NCBI RefSeq assembly: GCF_030684315.1
Contig: NC_081355.1
Coordinates: 21,787,316-21,851,315 of the forward strand
DNA from: Stegostoma tigrinum
Lineage: Eukaryota
Length of the DNA stretch: 64,000 nt
Direction of reading: 5' to 3'
Shown: one piece after another, positions 49,151-61,274 of the stretch
Layout of the letters: every line of letters starts with the position of its first letter
Numbering within the stretch: position 1 is the first letter of the stretch
Position numbers and translations under genes: made by a program
The notes under the pieces: model-generated
The model's database searches: none
Told to the model about the DNA's origin: nothing
Seen by the model: the letters and a program-made list of their open reading frames with translations, nothing else

Positions 49151-52100
49151 CACCATCTGGCAACATCTATGAGAGAAAAAACAAAGTTAACATTTCAGGG
49201 TCAGTGACCATTCCTCACAACTTTTGTTTTTGTTCTGAGAAAGGGTCACCAGACCTGAAACATTAACTCTGTTTTTTCCATCACAGATGCTGCCAGGCCA
49301 GCAGAGCTTTTCTGGCAACTTTGTTATGTTCCTGATTTACAGCATCCACGGTTATTTCGGTTTTTCCTCACATAATCTCTTTGTTATATCAGTTTTGCCA
49401 CAGGGGCTCCTGCACAGTCTGCTTAATCCTCTTGGTCTGCCTGGTGGTCTTCCAATTCCTTTCTTCCTGTGGAATCTTAGCGAACAGTGTGACCGCTTCA
49501 CTGTATGCACTATCCACTTTTTTTAAAATCAGTCTATCCACCAATACTGTATCTCCAAAACCCCACCCCTCCCCATTCCTGGCTCCTGACAAAGTCCAGT
49601 TCCCACACAGGGTGCTCCATGTTAATACAATTAAGCTTTCATTGCCTATGTGTGTTAACTTCTCCCACCATTATGAATTTGTAGTTGTTCACACTATAAT
49701 GACGTCTGTCATTCATCGACTCCTCGATCTACAGTCTGGCCCAGATGTTTGAAGTTTATTCCTGTGTTGTAATCCTTCTTTCCCAGTTAGGTACATTGCA
49801 TTATTCCATGTGTGACCTAACAAATGTGCAGCACAGTGTGACCAGTGAGTATAATTGCCATTATAAGCCGGCATTCAATTTATTTTCTTTATTACTACTT
49901 CACAACTTTTGAATATGGTGAATTAATTTGTACATCTTGGACTTTTCTGAAACTTGTAAGTTCTGACATTTTCTTGAAGTACATGAGCCTCCTGTACTTG
50001 CTCCCAACATGCAAATGTCTTGTTTTGAATTCTGAAGAAGGACCAATGGACTCTAAAACATAAACTCTGCTTTCTTGCCACAGCTGCTGCCAGACCTACT
50101 ACATTTCTCCAGCATTTTCTGTTTTTGCTTAAGATCTCCAGCATCCACAGTTTTTTGCTTTGTTTATGTAGTACCGCCCACTTATTCATAGTGTATGTCA
50201 CTTGCTGACTAAACAACCCAGGTACATACACTGCTGTAATGATCCTGTTTAGTTTGATAATGTTTAAAGAGAATTCACAGCATTCTGTAACTAAGTGACA
50301 GATAATGCCGCAAGGTTTCATATTTTTAAGCAAAAACATAATTTAGTATATGAAAAATAACTAAACCAAGGAAGCACTATTGACTTAATTGTTTATAATT
50401 AGTTCAACTAATTGTAACAAAGAACAACAAACAATACAGCACAGGAACCGACGCTTAGCCCACCAAATCTGTGCTGATTTCTAGTCCTTATTTAGACCCG
50501 CTACTTATTGCCCATACATGATTTCCATCCCTCTGTTTCCCTCCCATTCACCTGTCTTATCAAGAAATGCCTTAGAAGTTGCTAACGTGGCTGCTTCCAC
50601 CACCTCCACTGGCAGTGTGTTTCAGGCACCCACCACCCTCTGTGTGAAAAATTTTCCCTGCACTTCTCCCCTCAACTTTCTCACTTTCACAGTGAACCTA
50701 TGCTCTCTTGTAGTTGACCTTTCCTTCCTGGGAAAAAAGCCTCTGATTATCCACCCTAACTATACCTCTCATAATTTTGTGGACCTCTATCAGATCGTCC
50801 CCTCAGCCTTTGTCTTTCCAGTCAAAACAATCTGATTTTAACCAGCCACTCCTTATACCAAAAACTCTCCAGGCTGGGCAACATCCTGGTAAACCTTCTC
50901 TGCACCATCTCCAAAGCTTTCACGTCCTTCTACTAGTGTAGTGACAAGAAATGCTCGCAATATTCCAAATGTGGCCTAACTAAAGGTTTATACAGTTGTA
51001 ACACCACTTTCCAGCTTTTGTATTTGATGCCCCAGCTGTTAAAGGCAGTGTGCTGTATACCTTCTTGAACACCTTATCCTTCTGTGTTGCCACTTTCAGG
51101 AATCTGTTGACCTGTACTCCCAGATCTGAATGTATGTCAATGCACGTAAGGGTTATGCCATATGTTGTACAATTCGCAACTGAATTTGATCTTGCAAAGT
51201 GCATCACCTTGCATTTGTCCAGATTAAACTCCGAGGGCCATTTTTTTGCCAATATTTGCAATCTATATCCTGTTGACAATCTTCCTCACTGTCTGCAACT
51301 CAGCCAATTTTGGTGCTATCCTCAAACTTACTAATCAGACCAACTACATTTTCCTCCAGATCATTTACATATATTACAAACAACAAAGGTGCCAGCGCTG
51401 ATCCCTGTTACTACTTACTGATCTCCATTCTGAAAAATACCCTTCCACGTTACTTTCTGTCTGCTATGACCAAGCTAGTTTGGCAACCATCCAGCCAGTT
51501 CACTCCGGATCCCGTGACACTACCTTTTGTACCAGCCTGGCATGAGGTACCTTATGAAATTTTTTTTTAAGAGTCTGTGTAGTCAACATCCACTGCCCTT
51601 CCCTCATCAATCATTCATGTCTCCTTCTCAAAAAACTCAATTAACTTGGCAAAACATGAACTTCCCTGCACAAATCCATGCTGCCTATCACCAACAAGTC
51701 AATTCGCTTCCCAATGTGAATAAATCCTGCCTCAGTATGTTCTCCAGTAGGTTCCCCGCCACTGACGTCAGGATCACCAGTCTGAAATTACTTGGATTAT
51801 CTCCGTTTCCCTTTTTAAACAAGGGAACAACATTGGCCATTCTCCAGTGCTCTAGAACCTCTCGAGGCCAAAGAGGGTGCAAAGATACTTGTTAAGATCC
51901 CAGCTATTTCCTGTCTTGACTCCCATAGTAGCTGGGATAGACCACATCTGGCCCATTGGACTTGTCTACCTAAATGCATTTCAAGATGACTGATACTTCT
52001 TCCTTCATTATGCTGACCTGCCCGAGAGTGTTCACACACATTTCCCGTACCTCAACATCCTTTGTGTCCTTCTCTGATGAATGCCAATGTAAAGAACTGG

Positions 52101-53092
52101 TTAAAGATCAGTCCCATTTCCTCTAGCTCCACACATAACGTCCGTCATTTAGCCTTGAGTGGGTCTACTTTTGCCCTTGCTACCCTCATGTAAGTATAAA
52201 ATTCATTTAGGATTCTCCTTAAACATTCTAGTTAAGGGCATTTCATGGCCCCTTTAGTCTTTTTAATTCTCCATTTGAGCTCCTTCATACTATCTTTATA
52301 TTTTTAAAAGATTTGGTCCTTTTTTGTTGCCTAAATGTTAGGTATGCTTCCTCTTTTTTGAATAAGCTGATATTTTCCCCTGTCATCCAAGGTTTCCAAA
52401 TCCTGCCATTCCTGCCCTTCATTTTCACAGGAAAATGCCTCTCCTGCACCGTAGCCAGCTAGTCTTTAAAAGACCTCCACATGTCAGATGTGGATTTATC
52501 CTTAAACAGCCACTCCAAATCAGCATTCTTCAATTCTTGCCTAATTTGGTTATAGTTGGCTTTTGCCCAATTAAACATCTCTATCCAAGGACCACTCTTG
52601 TCCTTATCCATAAGAATGTGAAAAGTTACAGAATTACGATCACTATTTCCAAAATTCTCTCCCATTGAAACTTTGATCAGCTGGCTGCGTTCATTTTCCA
52701 ATATATGGCCCCTTCCCTTGTTGGACTATCCACATACTGTTTCAAAAAACCCTCCTGGACTCACCTAATAAATTGCTCCTGTCCAAACCCCTGGCACTAA
52801 GGGAATCCCAGTCAATATAGGGGAAGTTAAAATCATCCACTACAGCAACCCTGTTATTTTCAGATCTTTCCAGAATCTGACTACGTATTTCTTCTTCTAT
52901 CTCCCACAAGCAGCTGGGAGATCTGTAGTACAATCCCAGCATTGTGATTGCACCCTTCCTATTCCTGAGCTCTATCCATAATATCTCACTGCAAGATCCC
53001 GTGAGATTGTCCTTCCCCTACACAGCTGTGATATGCTCCCTAACCAGTAATGCAGTGCCACCACCTCTCTTGCTTCCTCCATTGTCTCATCT

Positions 53093-54433
53093 AAGGTCAG
53101 AAATCGCATGACACCAGGTTATAGTCCAACAAGTTTATTTGAAAACACAAGCTTTCAGAGTCTTATTCCTTCTTCAGGTGTTAGTGAGAGAGGTAGTGTC
53201 AGACACAGAATTTATATGTAAAAGATCAAAGGGTTACATCATTGATGAGTATGTATAAAAAAACCTAAAATGCTGTTAAAACTTTAGTCAATAGAAGGTT
53301 TTAATTGATCAATATGTATATGTAAATCCCTGAATTCCTTTCAAGCCCCTGTCCTGAGAGATCTAAAAGTTTTATCAGTATAAAGGAGAGGTGAGATTTT
53401 AGGTCAGACAATACATATTAGGTGTGAGGCCTTGTTTGGAATATGGTTGTGTTTTGGTTTGGAGTCAGACTGGTTTTATTTCTAATGTAAGAATTTATAA
53501 AACACCACATTGACTGACTGTCTATAAATTGTGCACTTTCGAACCAAATAGAATGTATCTGCAAATAAAAATTCACCCCATAGATTTGTGTGTGTGTGAG
53601 AGAGAGATTAAAAAAAGTATGTGTGCGTGCACGCTGAGAGAGAGAAAGTATGTGTGTGTGGGAGAGTGTATGTGCATGTGTGTGTGACATTGTGTTTATG
53701 AGAGAGGATCTGTGTGAGACTGTGTGTGTATGTGTGTGTGACATTGTGTTTATGAGAGAGGATCTGTGTAGGACTGTGTGTGTATGTGTGTGTGACATTG
53801 TGTTTATGAGAGAGGATCTGTGTGAGACTGTGTGTGTGTATGTGTGTGTGACATTGTGTGTATGAGAGAGGATCTGTGTGAGAGTGTGTGTGTGATCGCG
53901 CGAAAGAGAGAGAGAGAGTGTAAGTGTGGTGTATCACCTGTAGTGCAACATGAACTCAAGGTCCCAGTTGAGGCTGTCCTCATGGGTGCTGAAATTGGCA
54001 ATCAGTCTCTGCTCGAGGACTCTGTTGTGTACTCCAAATGATGTTTACCCAAAAATCTGAGGCCAATTGTCCTTAACCACTGAAGTGTTCCCCCACTGGG
54101 AGGGAACATCCCTGTCTAGTGATTGTTGCGCAGTGTCCATTCATCCATTATCATAGCATCTGAATTGTTTTGCCAATATACCATGCCTTGGGACATCCCT
54201 GCTTGCAGTGTATCAGGTCGACAACGTTGGCCGAGCTACATGAGTATCTGCCGTGTATGTGGTGGGTGTGTTCCCAAGTGTGATGGTAGTATCCATGTTG
54301 AAGATCTGACATGTCTTGCACAGGTTGCCATGGCAGCGTTGTGTGGTGTTGTGATCGATGTTATCCTGAAGTCTGGGTAATTTGCTGCTTTCTGACCTTG
54401 TCCACACCAGTCTAACACTGGCACCTCCACATC
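53093..54433 (-). mobile_element. PLE (family 2) with GIY-YIG remnant, internal (CA)n-rich tract and inverted tail
   Basis: Terminus shared with 28796-28975; Cys-linker remnant CHGNLCKTCQ (ORF 54213-54407); tail GTCCACACCAGTCTAACACTGGCACCTCCACATC at the right end. Confidence 0.8.
53660..53920. repeat. Minisatellite, ~4 x 54-56 bp, built on (GT)n/(GA)n
   Basis: GACATTGTGT(T/G)TATGAGAGAGGATCTGTGT… starting at 53686, 53740, 53794 and 53850. Confidence 0.9.
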
Positions 54434-55674
54434 ACATCTCGTCGAAAACATCAATATCCTGGAACGATAAGCTGCCAATCCTGTCCCACTTTCAAACATG
54501 TCTCTATGATAGCAACAATATCATAATTGTATGCATTAACAAGGCTCTAAGTTCATCTTTCTTACCTGTTATACTTCTTGCACTGAAGCAAATACAGTCT
54601 AAGCCTTCAGTTCTGCTAATTACTAATTTATCTCCCTGTGGACCTTGTTGAGCATGAGTTCGCTCGGTAACAGGCAATGGCCTGCCTGGCTGGAATTCAT
54701 CACCTGAGCCCTGTACAAAGCAGACTCAGGGATGGGTCTGTAGAATTGTCTGCCCCAGACTGGGACGAGTCTAAGTAAACCATTAGCAGTTGCTCTGTTT
54801 TGGTGTTCAACAATAAATCTGGTTTCTTTCCTGTTGGGTTTCTTGCAGGAACTCTAGAACCACACCAGCTTATGAAACACTTTATTTCCATTCAGCTTTT
54901 ACTTCTGATAGAAAGAGAAAAGAATCTACAGTGTCCCTTTCATGCCTTAGGATGTACAAAACGAATTTTAATCAATAAAGTACTTTTGAAGTACCATGCA
55001 AGCTCCTGTAACAGAAAATGAAGCAAATGAGCAGATAATTTGTTTTGAGAATTGGTTGGCTGATTATTAATAGGCCAGAATTTATGTTTGTTGAGGGTGA
55101 GTCATGTGAAACAGAAACTGAGTGCTGTGTCAACTGCCACTTCCCACTCCTGCCATATCAGCTTGTCCAATCCACCATTGTATGGCTGATTAGTGGTCAC
55201 CCAGCAGGGAAGGACCCAATCAGAGACCAAAAGAACAGGGCTCCACTTTCAGTTGATGATGTAGGAGGCAGAGGGGCAATGCGACCTGTTTAAAGGTCCC
55301 TTGCTCTCTGAGTCTTTCTTAATTTCTATGGCAAGCGCTAAATGTCAAGAAATGACATTGAGATTCGGATGTCACCAGCAGAATCCGCTGCTGCATTTGT
55401 CCACAGTCCCAGATTATTTCCAGAGCATCATCACTCACATTGACTTCTCACTAAAACATTCAAAATGTAACTAGTGCTGAGAAGCTGATGTATAGAGTTT
55501 CATTAATGAGTGAATGATGTCTGGGGGAAAAGATGTGTCACGATTCTTGGACTATTCTGACATTAAAACCAAAAATATCGACTCACCCAAGAGCTCAACT
55601 TGGGAGTGTTTGATTGAAACCAGCATTATAATTGGTTTCTCTATCATTGTTCTTTCACATATTGTAGTAAAGAA

Positions 55675-56090
55675 GAATTGCACTCACATAGCACCTTTTA
55701 TGATCTTGAGTTTTCCACAGTATTTTATGGCGTGATTACTCCTGTACTGTAAGGAAGTACAGTAGTCAATTTGTACAGAGAAAGCTCCCATAGGCAGCAA
55801 TGGGGTAATGACCAGTAACGCTAGACCAGTGGTGTAGATTGTGTGTTAAATGTTGGCCATTGTCGAACAGCATCCCTGCTCTTTGAAAAGGGGGATGTAT
55901 AATGCCCAGCAATGTGTGCAAACAAAACGTTGGCTTAAAACCCTACTTAATGTATAGCTCCTGTGACTGTACAGGACTGCCTCAAGCGCTAATGTCCCAG
56001 CTTGAAATATGTGATCAAGTTTCAGCAGTGAGTCTGTAGCCCATGATCTTCTGATTCAGAGGCAAGAATGACAACACTGAACTAAGGCTG
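55675..56090 (-). mobile_element. Ancient SINE, probably Deu-domain type (SacSINE1/AmnSINE1-like)
   Basis: Degenerate tRNA-like head at the right (TTCTGATTCAGAGGCAAGAATG…ACTGAAC), body motifs GCTCCCA…CAGCAATG…ATGACCAG and CCCTGCTCTT; family assigned from recall. Confidence 0.5.
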
Positions 56091-57734
56091 GAGAAAAGAA
56101 ACAATCAGAAAAGTTACTGTTTGTATTCAATGAAAAACATTTTAAACATTTTTGTAGAATATCGATAGATTCCTGCTCAATAATTCCAGTACAATGGGCT
56201 TTATTCGTGAGTAGAAAGGAATGTTTTAAACCCAGAACGGCAGGGGAAATAAAATGAAACACTTGTGTAAAAATACACCCAACACCAAGTACATTTCCGA
56301 GATAGCTACACAATGAAGGCCATTTTCTCAAGAAGTACGTACAATAGGGTCAGTGTACTTGAATAGATAAGAACTAATACTGTAAGAACCATAGTAATCT
56401 ACTTTGTAAATTTCTGAGAAAGTAAACTTTAGTGGCAAGTTGTTGTTACATTGACCTTAAAATAATACCAGGGATTATAGCCTCTGAAACAAATATTAAT
56501 TGGTCACACAAAGTCAGCTAAATACATTATTTTCACAGAGTCTTGCATGATTCAAACTCGTGAGGACAGTCTAGTTTTGAAACCAAACTTTTTAACATCT
56601 ATTTTTAATTTCTATTAGTTTATTTCCTTTCTGAAATTTTTGTCCCCTATTGCCCTTCTAAGTAACTTGTTCTCAGTGTCAATCAAACTGCACTCTCGAG
56701 CTGAACCTAGGAGTTATTGGAGAATGCTTTAGTTTGCTCAGAACTTTCCTTTCAAAAGTAGTCTGATTGTCTGCAAGCTGCGTAACACTGCACTGTACAT
56801 ATTGGTGTCAAAGCATAGTCTAGGTACAGAATAATAGAGATTCCTCATGATTTGTACTGGATACTATTTTTTTTTGCAGATGTGTCTCCCCCTGAACACA
56901 GGCTGAGCTTCTTTAAGACACCTTCAAATTTGAGTATAAAGTTAATTTACTTCACAGTAATGTGCAGATGTGTGCCTAGTGTCACTTAGTTCACTTGGTA
57001 CAACTAATGAGCATAATCACATGAAATAAGGAGCAGGCTTTGCTACTTCCATATGGATAGGCTATTTTAGTTGAATAAAGAGGCTAATCACTCAGCATCA
57101 TGCCCAACTGCTCAGAACAGAACCTCTCATGCTGTAGTTGACCATCCTTGAAGAACTTACTTGAATCTCTTCATTGCCTGACCTACCTGTGTCTGCTTTT
57201 AATAAAGGGTTAATGACTGAGAATGTACTGTGGAAGCAATGTCATTGATGATGCTACAACCATTGAAGAGAAACTCAGGAAGAGAAGTGAAGGAGCATTC
57301 CCAGAAGGAAAATACCCTCCCCTCAGCCCACACCCCTTCCTCTATTTAGTTCTGGGGTCACCCCCCCCACCCCTCCTCAGTCCTAACAAAACGTTTCAGC
57401 CAGAAATGATGACTTTCCTGCTCCTGGATGCTGTCTCACCTGCTGTGCTTTTCCAGCTCCACATTTATTAACTTTAGCTTAAGCATCTGCAGTCCTTACT
57501 ATCTCCAAGCTACTAGTCTGAGCTACCTTATTTACCTGAAATAAATGACCAATACGACATTCGTTTCCAATTATTATTTACTGTTTTATTACTCTCTTGG
57601 AGCAAGCTTAGACTTTGTGTAGAGTGCAAAGTTTATAGTAAGAACTCTGCTTATTAATGTTTGGATTTTTAAAATGCACATTCAGATTATATCACATTTT
57701 TAATCGTTTCTCACATTTTGATCTGACAAGTCTC

Positions 57735-58525
57735 GGGTGATGTATTCTGGGAGGTCAACTGCAACAGAAAAGGACACAGCAAGTGGCAGGACCCTTAGGA
57801 GGATTGATATACAGAGGGATCTTGGGTTGCAAGTCCATAGCTCCCTGCAAGTGGCAACACAGGTGGATAAGGGTAAAGCAGGCATATGGCATGCTTGCCT
57901 CCATCAGTTGGCACATTGAATACCAGAGTTGGCAAGTAACATTACAGCTGTGTAAAACTTTAGTTAGGCCACATTTGGAGCATTTTGAACAGCTCTGTTC
58001 GCCACACTGGATGAAGGATGTGGAGGCATTGGAAAGGGTGCAAAAGAAGTTTACCAGGTCATTGCCTGGATTGGAGTGTATTAGCTATAAGGAGTGGTTG
58101 GACTAACTTGGATTGTTTTCATTAGAACATCCGACGCTAAGAGGTTACCTTAGAGAATTATATAAAATTATGAGAGGCATGGATAGAGTGGTTAGTTGGA
58201 GTCTTTTTCCTAAGGTAGAAATGTTAAATACTAGGGTCTATCGTTTTAAGAAAAGAGGGGGAAAGATTAAAGGAGATGTGTGAGGCAAGGTTTTTGCATG
58301 GTGGGTGATATATACCGGAACATGCTTTCAGGGGCGGTAGTAGAAGCACTTCCAATAGCAATGTCTAGGACGCATTTAAACAGAATCATGAACAGGAAGG
58401 GAATAGAGAGAGACAGACCATCTGCAGGCAATGGGCTTAGTTTAGACTGGCATCCTGGCCGGCGCAGTCATGGTGGGCTGAAGGGCCTGTTCCTGTGCTG
58501 TACACTGTATGTTCCATGTTCTATA
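57735..58525 (+). mobile_element. CR1 LINE 3' 0.8 kb
   Basis: ORFs 57737-57919 and 57783-58106 (QRDLGLQVHSSL; KTLVRPHLEH…ALERVQKKFTR); tail GGGCCTGTTCCTGTGCTGTAC…TTCTAT. Confidence 0.9.
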
Positions 58526-58618
58526 ATTTTTTTAAAAAATCCAAGGTTCTAACTATATCTTTACCTTGCAGCGAGACCATCTAGAACCCAAACTCAACAA
58601 CAGTAGAATTTTGTTTAA

Positions 58619-58803
58619 CAACAACAACAACAAAAACAAAGTTGCTGTAAGAGCTCAGTGGGTCCAGCAGAATCTGTGAAGGAAAAATTACATTACTCAT
58701 TCCTTTTTCCTTCACAGCTGCAGCCTAGACCTGCAGACCTTTTCCAGCAACTTTGTTTTTGTTCCTGATTTACAGCATCCGCAGTTCTTTCGGCTTTTAT
58801 TTG
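58619..58803. mobile_element. Fold-back PLE-type termini (family 3) with 13-bp TSD; a further copy follows at ~58845-58960
   Basis: GAATTTTGTTTAA at 58606-58618 and 58804-58816; AAAACAAAGTTGCTG inverted against CAGCAACTTTGTTTT. Confidence 0.75.
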
Positions 58804-60449
58804 GAATTTTGTTTAAACAAGCTGACTACGAAAAGTCAAACAAGACTCAAAATGTTAACTCTGTTTCTCTTTCCACAGATGCTGCCAGATCTGCTGAGTT
58901 TCTCCTGCATTTTCTGTGTTTGTTTCAGATTTCCAGCATCAGTGGTATTTTGTCTTTATTCCAATAACAACTTTTTCTCCAAACCAAATGCCACCATCTC
59001 CCAAAGGAAAGAGTTCACCAACCTAATTTTGGCTAAGAACCCTTATGAGTTCCCTTGAATACAATAGGTATGCTCTAGAATAGTCTGAGAAACATGTAAA
59101 TTATCTTTTGTCATTTCAAGGACACTGGCTTTGGACAAACCATCTAAATAGTGATTACAACTATTAGCTGTCTTGTGAATTTAATCTCCTTAAAGTAAGA
59201 TTCAACTCAAAAATATATTTTAACATCATGCATTTCTGAACCCTCCCATGCTCTAAACATTCAAAAAATGTGACAATAATGAAGGACGCATGACCCTAAA
59301 ACAAAACAAAAGATAAAACAACATTGAACCTAAAGATGATTGCAATTAAAGTATTGAAATATAAAGAACTTGTCAGAAATTTAAATTTTCCTAAAAATCC
59401 TCAAAAGTGCTTTAAACATGAATCTGGTTCTTGCGTATCTGAAAATGAAAACACAAGTGAATTTCCCATACAGATGCAATGCATCAGATAAGATTCCGAC
59501 AGATTCGACCTGAGATAGTAGTCAATCTTTTCTTTGTTCAGGTGCACACAAATGTTTGTGTTTTCTAGCATGTTTTGTGTTTATCTTGTAATTACAAAAA
59601 TTTTACTGTTTTATTTTCATTTGTAGAAACCAGTGACGCTTTCAAGAATTTTGATATTTCCTGTCCTTTTGCATTAGTCATCAAAATGTCTCCCTTCAAA
59701 AATCAAAGTACTATCCACTGTAGAGAATACATCTAATAAATGAATTTAATCACTCACATTCCCCATTTATTTCACCTCAGTGCTGATACTTGAGTGAAAG
59801 GATCTTCAGAATAAACAGAAGTACCCGTGGTGAAAATTTATTCTGCACATGTTTTTTGAATACTTACAGCAGAGGCTCAATGAGTTGGTAGCACACTTGC
59901 CTCTGAGTCAGTATGAAATCCGGCTGACATTCATTCCATACACTTTTAGATGAGATGCTCTTTCTTTCAGTCTATCTTTAGCCACTGAGTGAGTGTGGCC
60001 ACTTTTCTAAAATGCTCAGTACGCATCAAATAATTTTTGGTTGAAATGAGCTATTTAAAAATAACTTGTGCAAAAGAAAATTACTGTATAACGGATTTGT
60101 CTCAGCAGCAGCAAGTACAAAGTTCAGTAATGGAAATACTCAGTGTGATGTCTAGTATTATAACATTGTTCATTTCATCTTTGAGGGAAATATCACATTG
60201 TATCGACTCTCAGAACATGGTATTTCGCACAACAATAGCAAGAATTTCTGTGGATTAGCTCCAGAAAAGAAAAATGGACTGATGGATGTCTTAAGATAAT
60301 TAAAGGGTTTAAGAAAGTAGATGTAGAAAAGGTAGTCTATTCTTGTGGGATAGAGCAAAACGAAAGCACACAAATATAATTAAATCACTAATACTTCCAT
60401 AAAAGAATTCATGCGAAATTTCTTTACCTAGAGAGTGGTATGAATGTGG

Positions 60450-61065
60450 ACCACACTACCATAATTTCTTCTCATTGCTCGGGCAGTCTATCAGGACTAC
60501 CACTCTGAGTTGTGGATCTTGAGGTGACAAAACAGCCCAATGTTGGATCTGAGGACAGCTGGGACAGGTAGTGTTTGATGGGTGAATGGGAGTTTGAGTT
60601 TTCACATACGCCTTCTCTTGTTTGTGCTTGACCTCGACGAAGGCCTGCTGAAAATGGTTGCCATCTTCACAGATGCTTCCTCTCTTGAGCAATCGATTCC
60701 CACATGTCAGTGGTGATATTGCATTTGCTCCATGTGCATACTGGAGTCATTCAAGTCTGTGTCATTGCATCGTATTCCTCACTACAACACTCCACCTCAT
60801 ATCCCTGAAGCTTCATGCTGAAATGGAGCTGCTCCACAGTTTGAGCTAGAAAATGTTCAACCTGCATCACCTCCAGTCCAAAACTAAAACCCACTTCTAC
60901 CACGTCATTGAGCTGCAGATTGCTGATGATATTTGCCTGTGTGTACACTAAAAAGCCAAGCTCCATCGTCAATGTAGGCATAGTGGCATATGACAGAAGC
61001 GGTCTTAGTTTAAACACCCAGGAGACAAAGGATCTCTACCAGCCATAGGACACTACACTGCAACT
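60450..61065. mobile_element. RTE-clade LINE RT remnant with internal inversion
   Basis: Minus: AFVEVK..EK.YVKTQTPI; plus: VIELQIADDI(C) RT motif at ~60905-60935. Confidence 0.45.
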
Positions 61066-61274
61066 ATTAATGTTGCAAACTCCACACTGACAGTGGCTTG
61101 ACTGTGGAATTGAAACCAGATCCCTGGCACTGTGCGGCAGCGGAGCTAAGTACTGAGCCATCATATGGGATTGCTTTTGTTATTATGAGCATTCATAAGT
61201 TGTGCGTTCATAAATCAAGAATGCCTGTAATGAAGCTTTAGATTCATAGCTTGGATTGCCATGTCTAGTATTAT

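Larger units (their letters stand above)
50415..54650 (-). mobile_element. CR1 LINE, near full-length degenerate ORF2, interrupted by a PLE at 53093-54433
   Basis: ORF remnants FNLDKCKVMHF, WRMANVVPLFKKG..NPSNFRLV, FGNSDRNSVTF, LGLYYRSP…VVDDFNFPYIDW; the endonuclease N-terminus resumes after 54435. Confidence 0.85.

Noticed and set aside
53418-54041. His/Thr- or Cys/Val-rich repeat proteins; CRISPR-like array
   Set aside because: Translations of a (CA)n-based minisatellite; units have no unique spacers and the context is eukaryotic.
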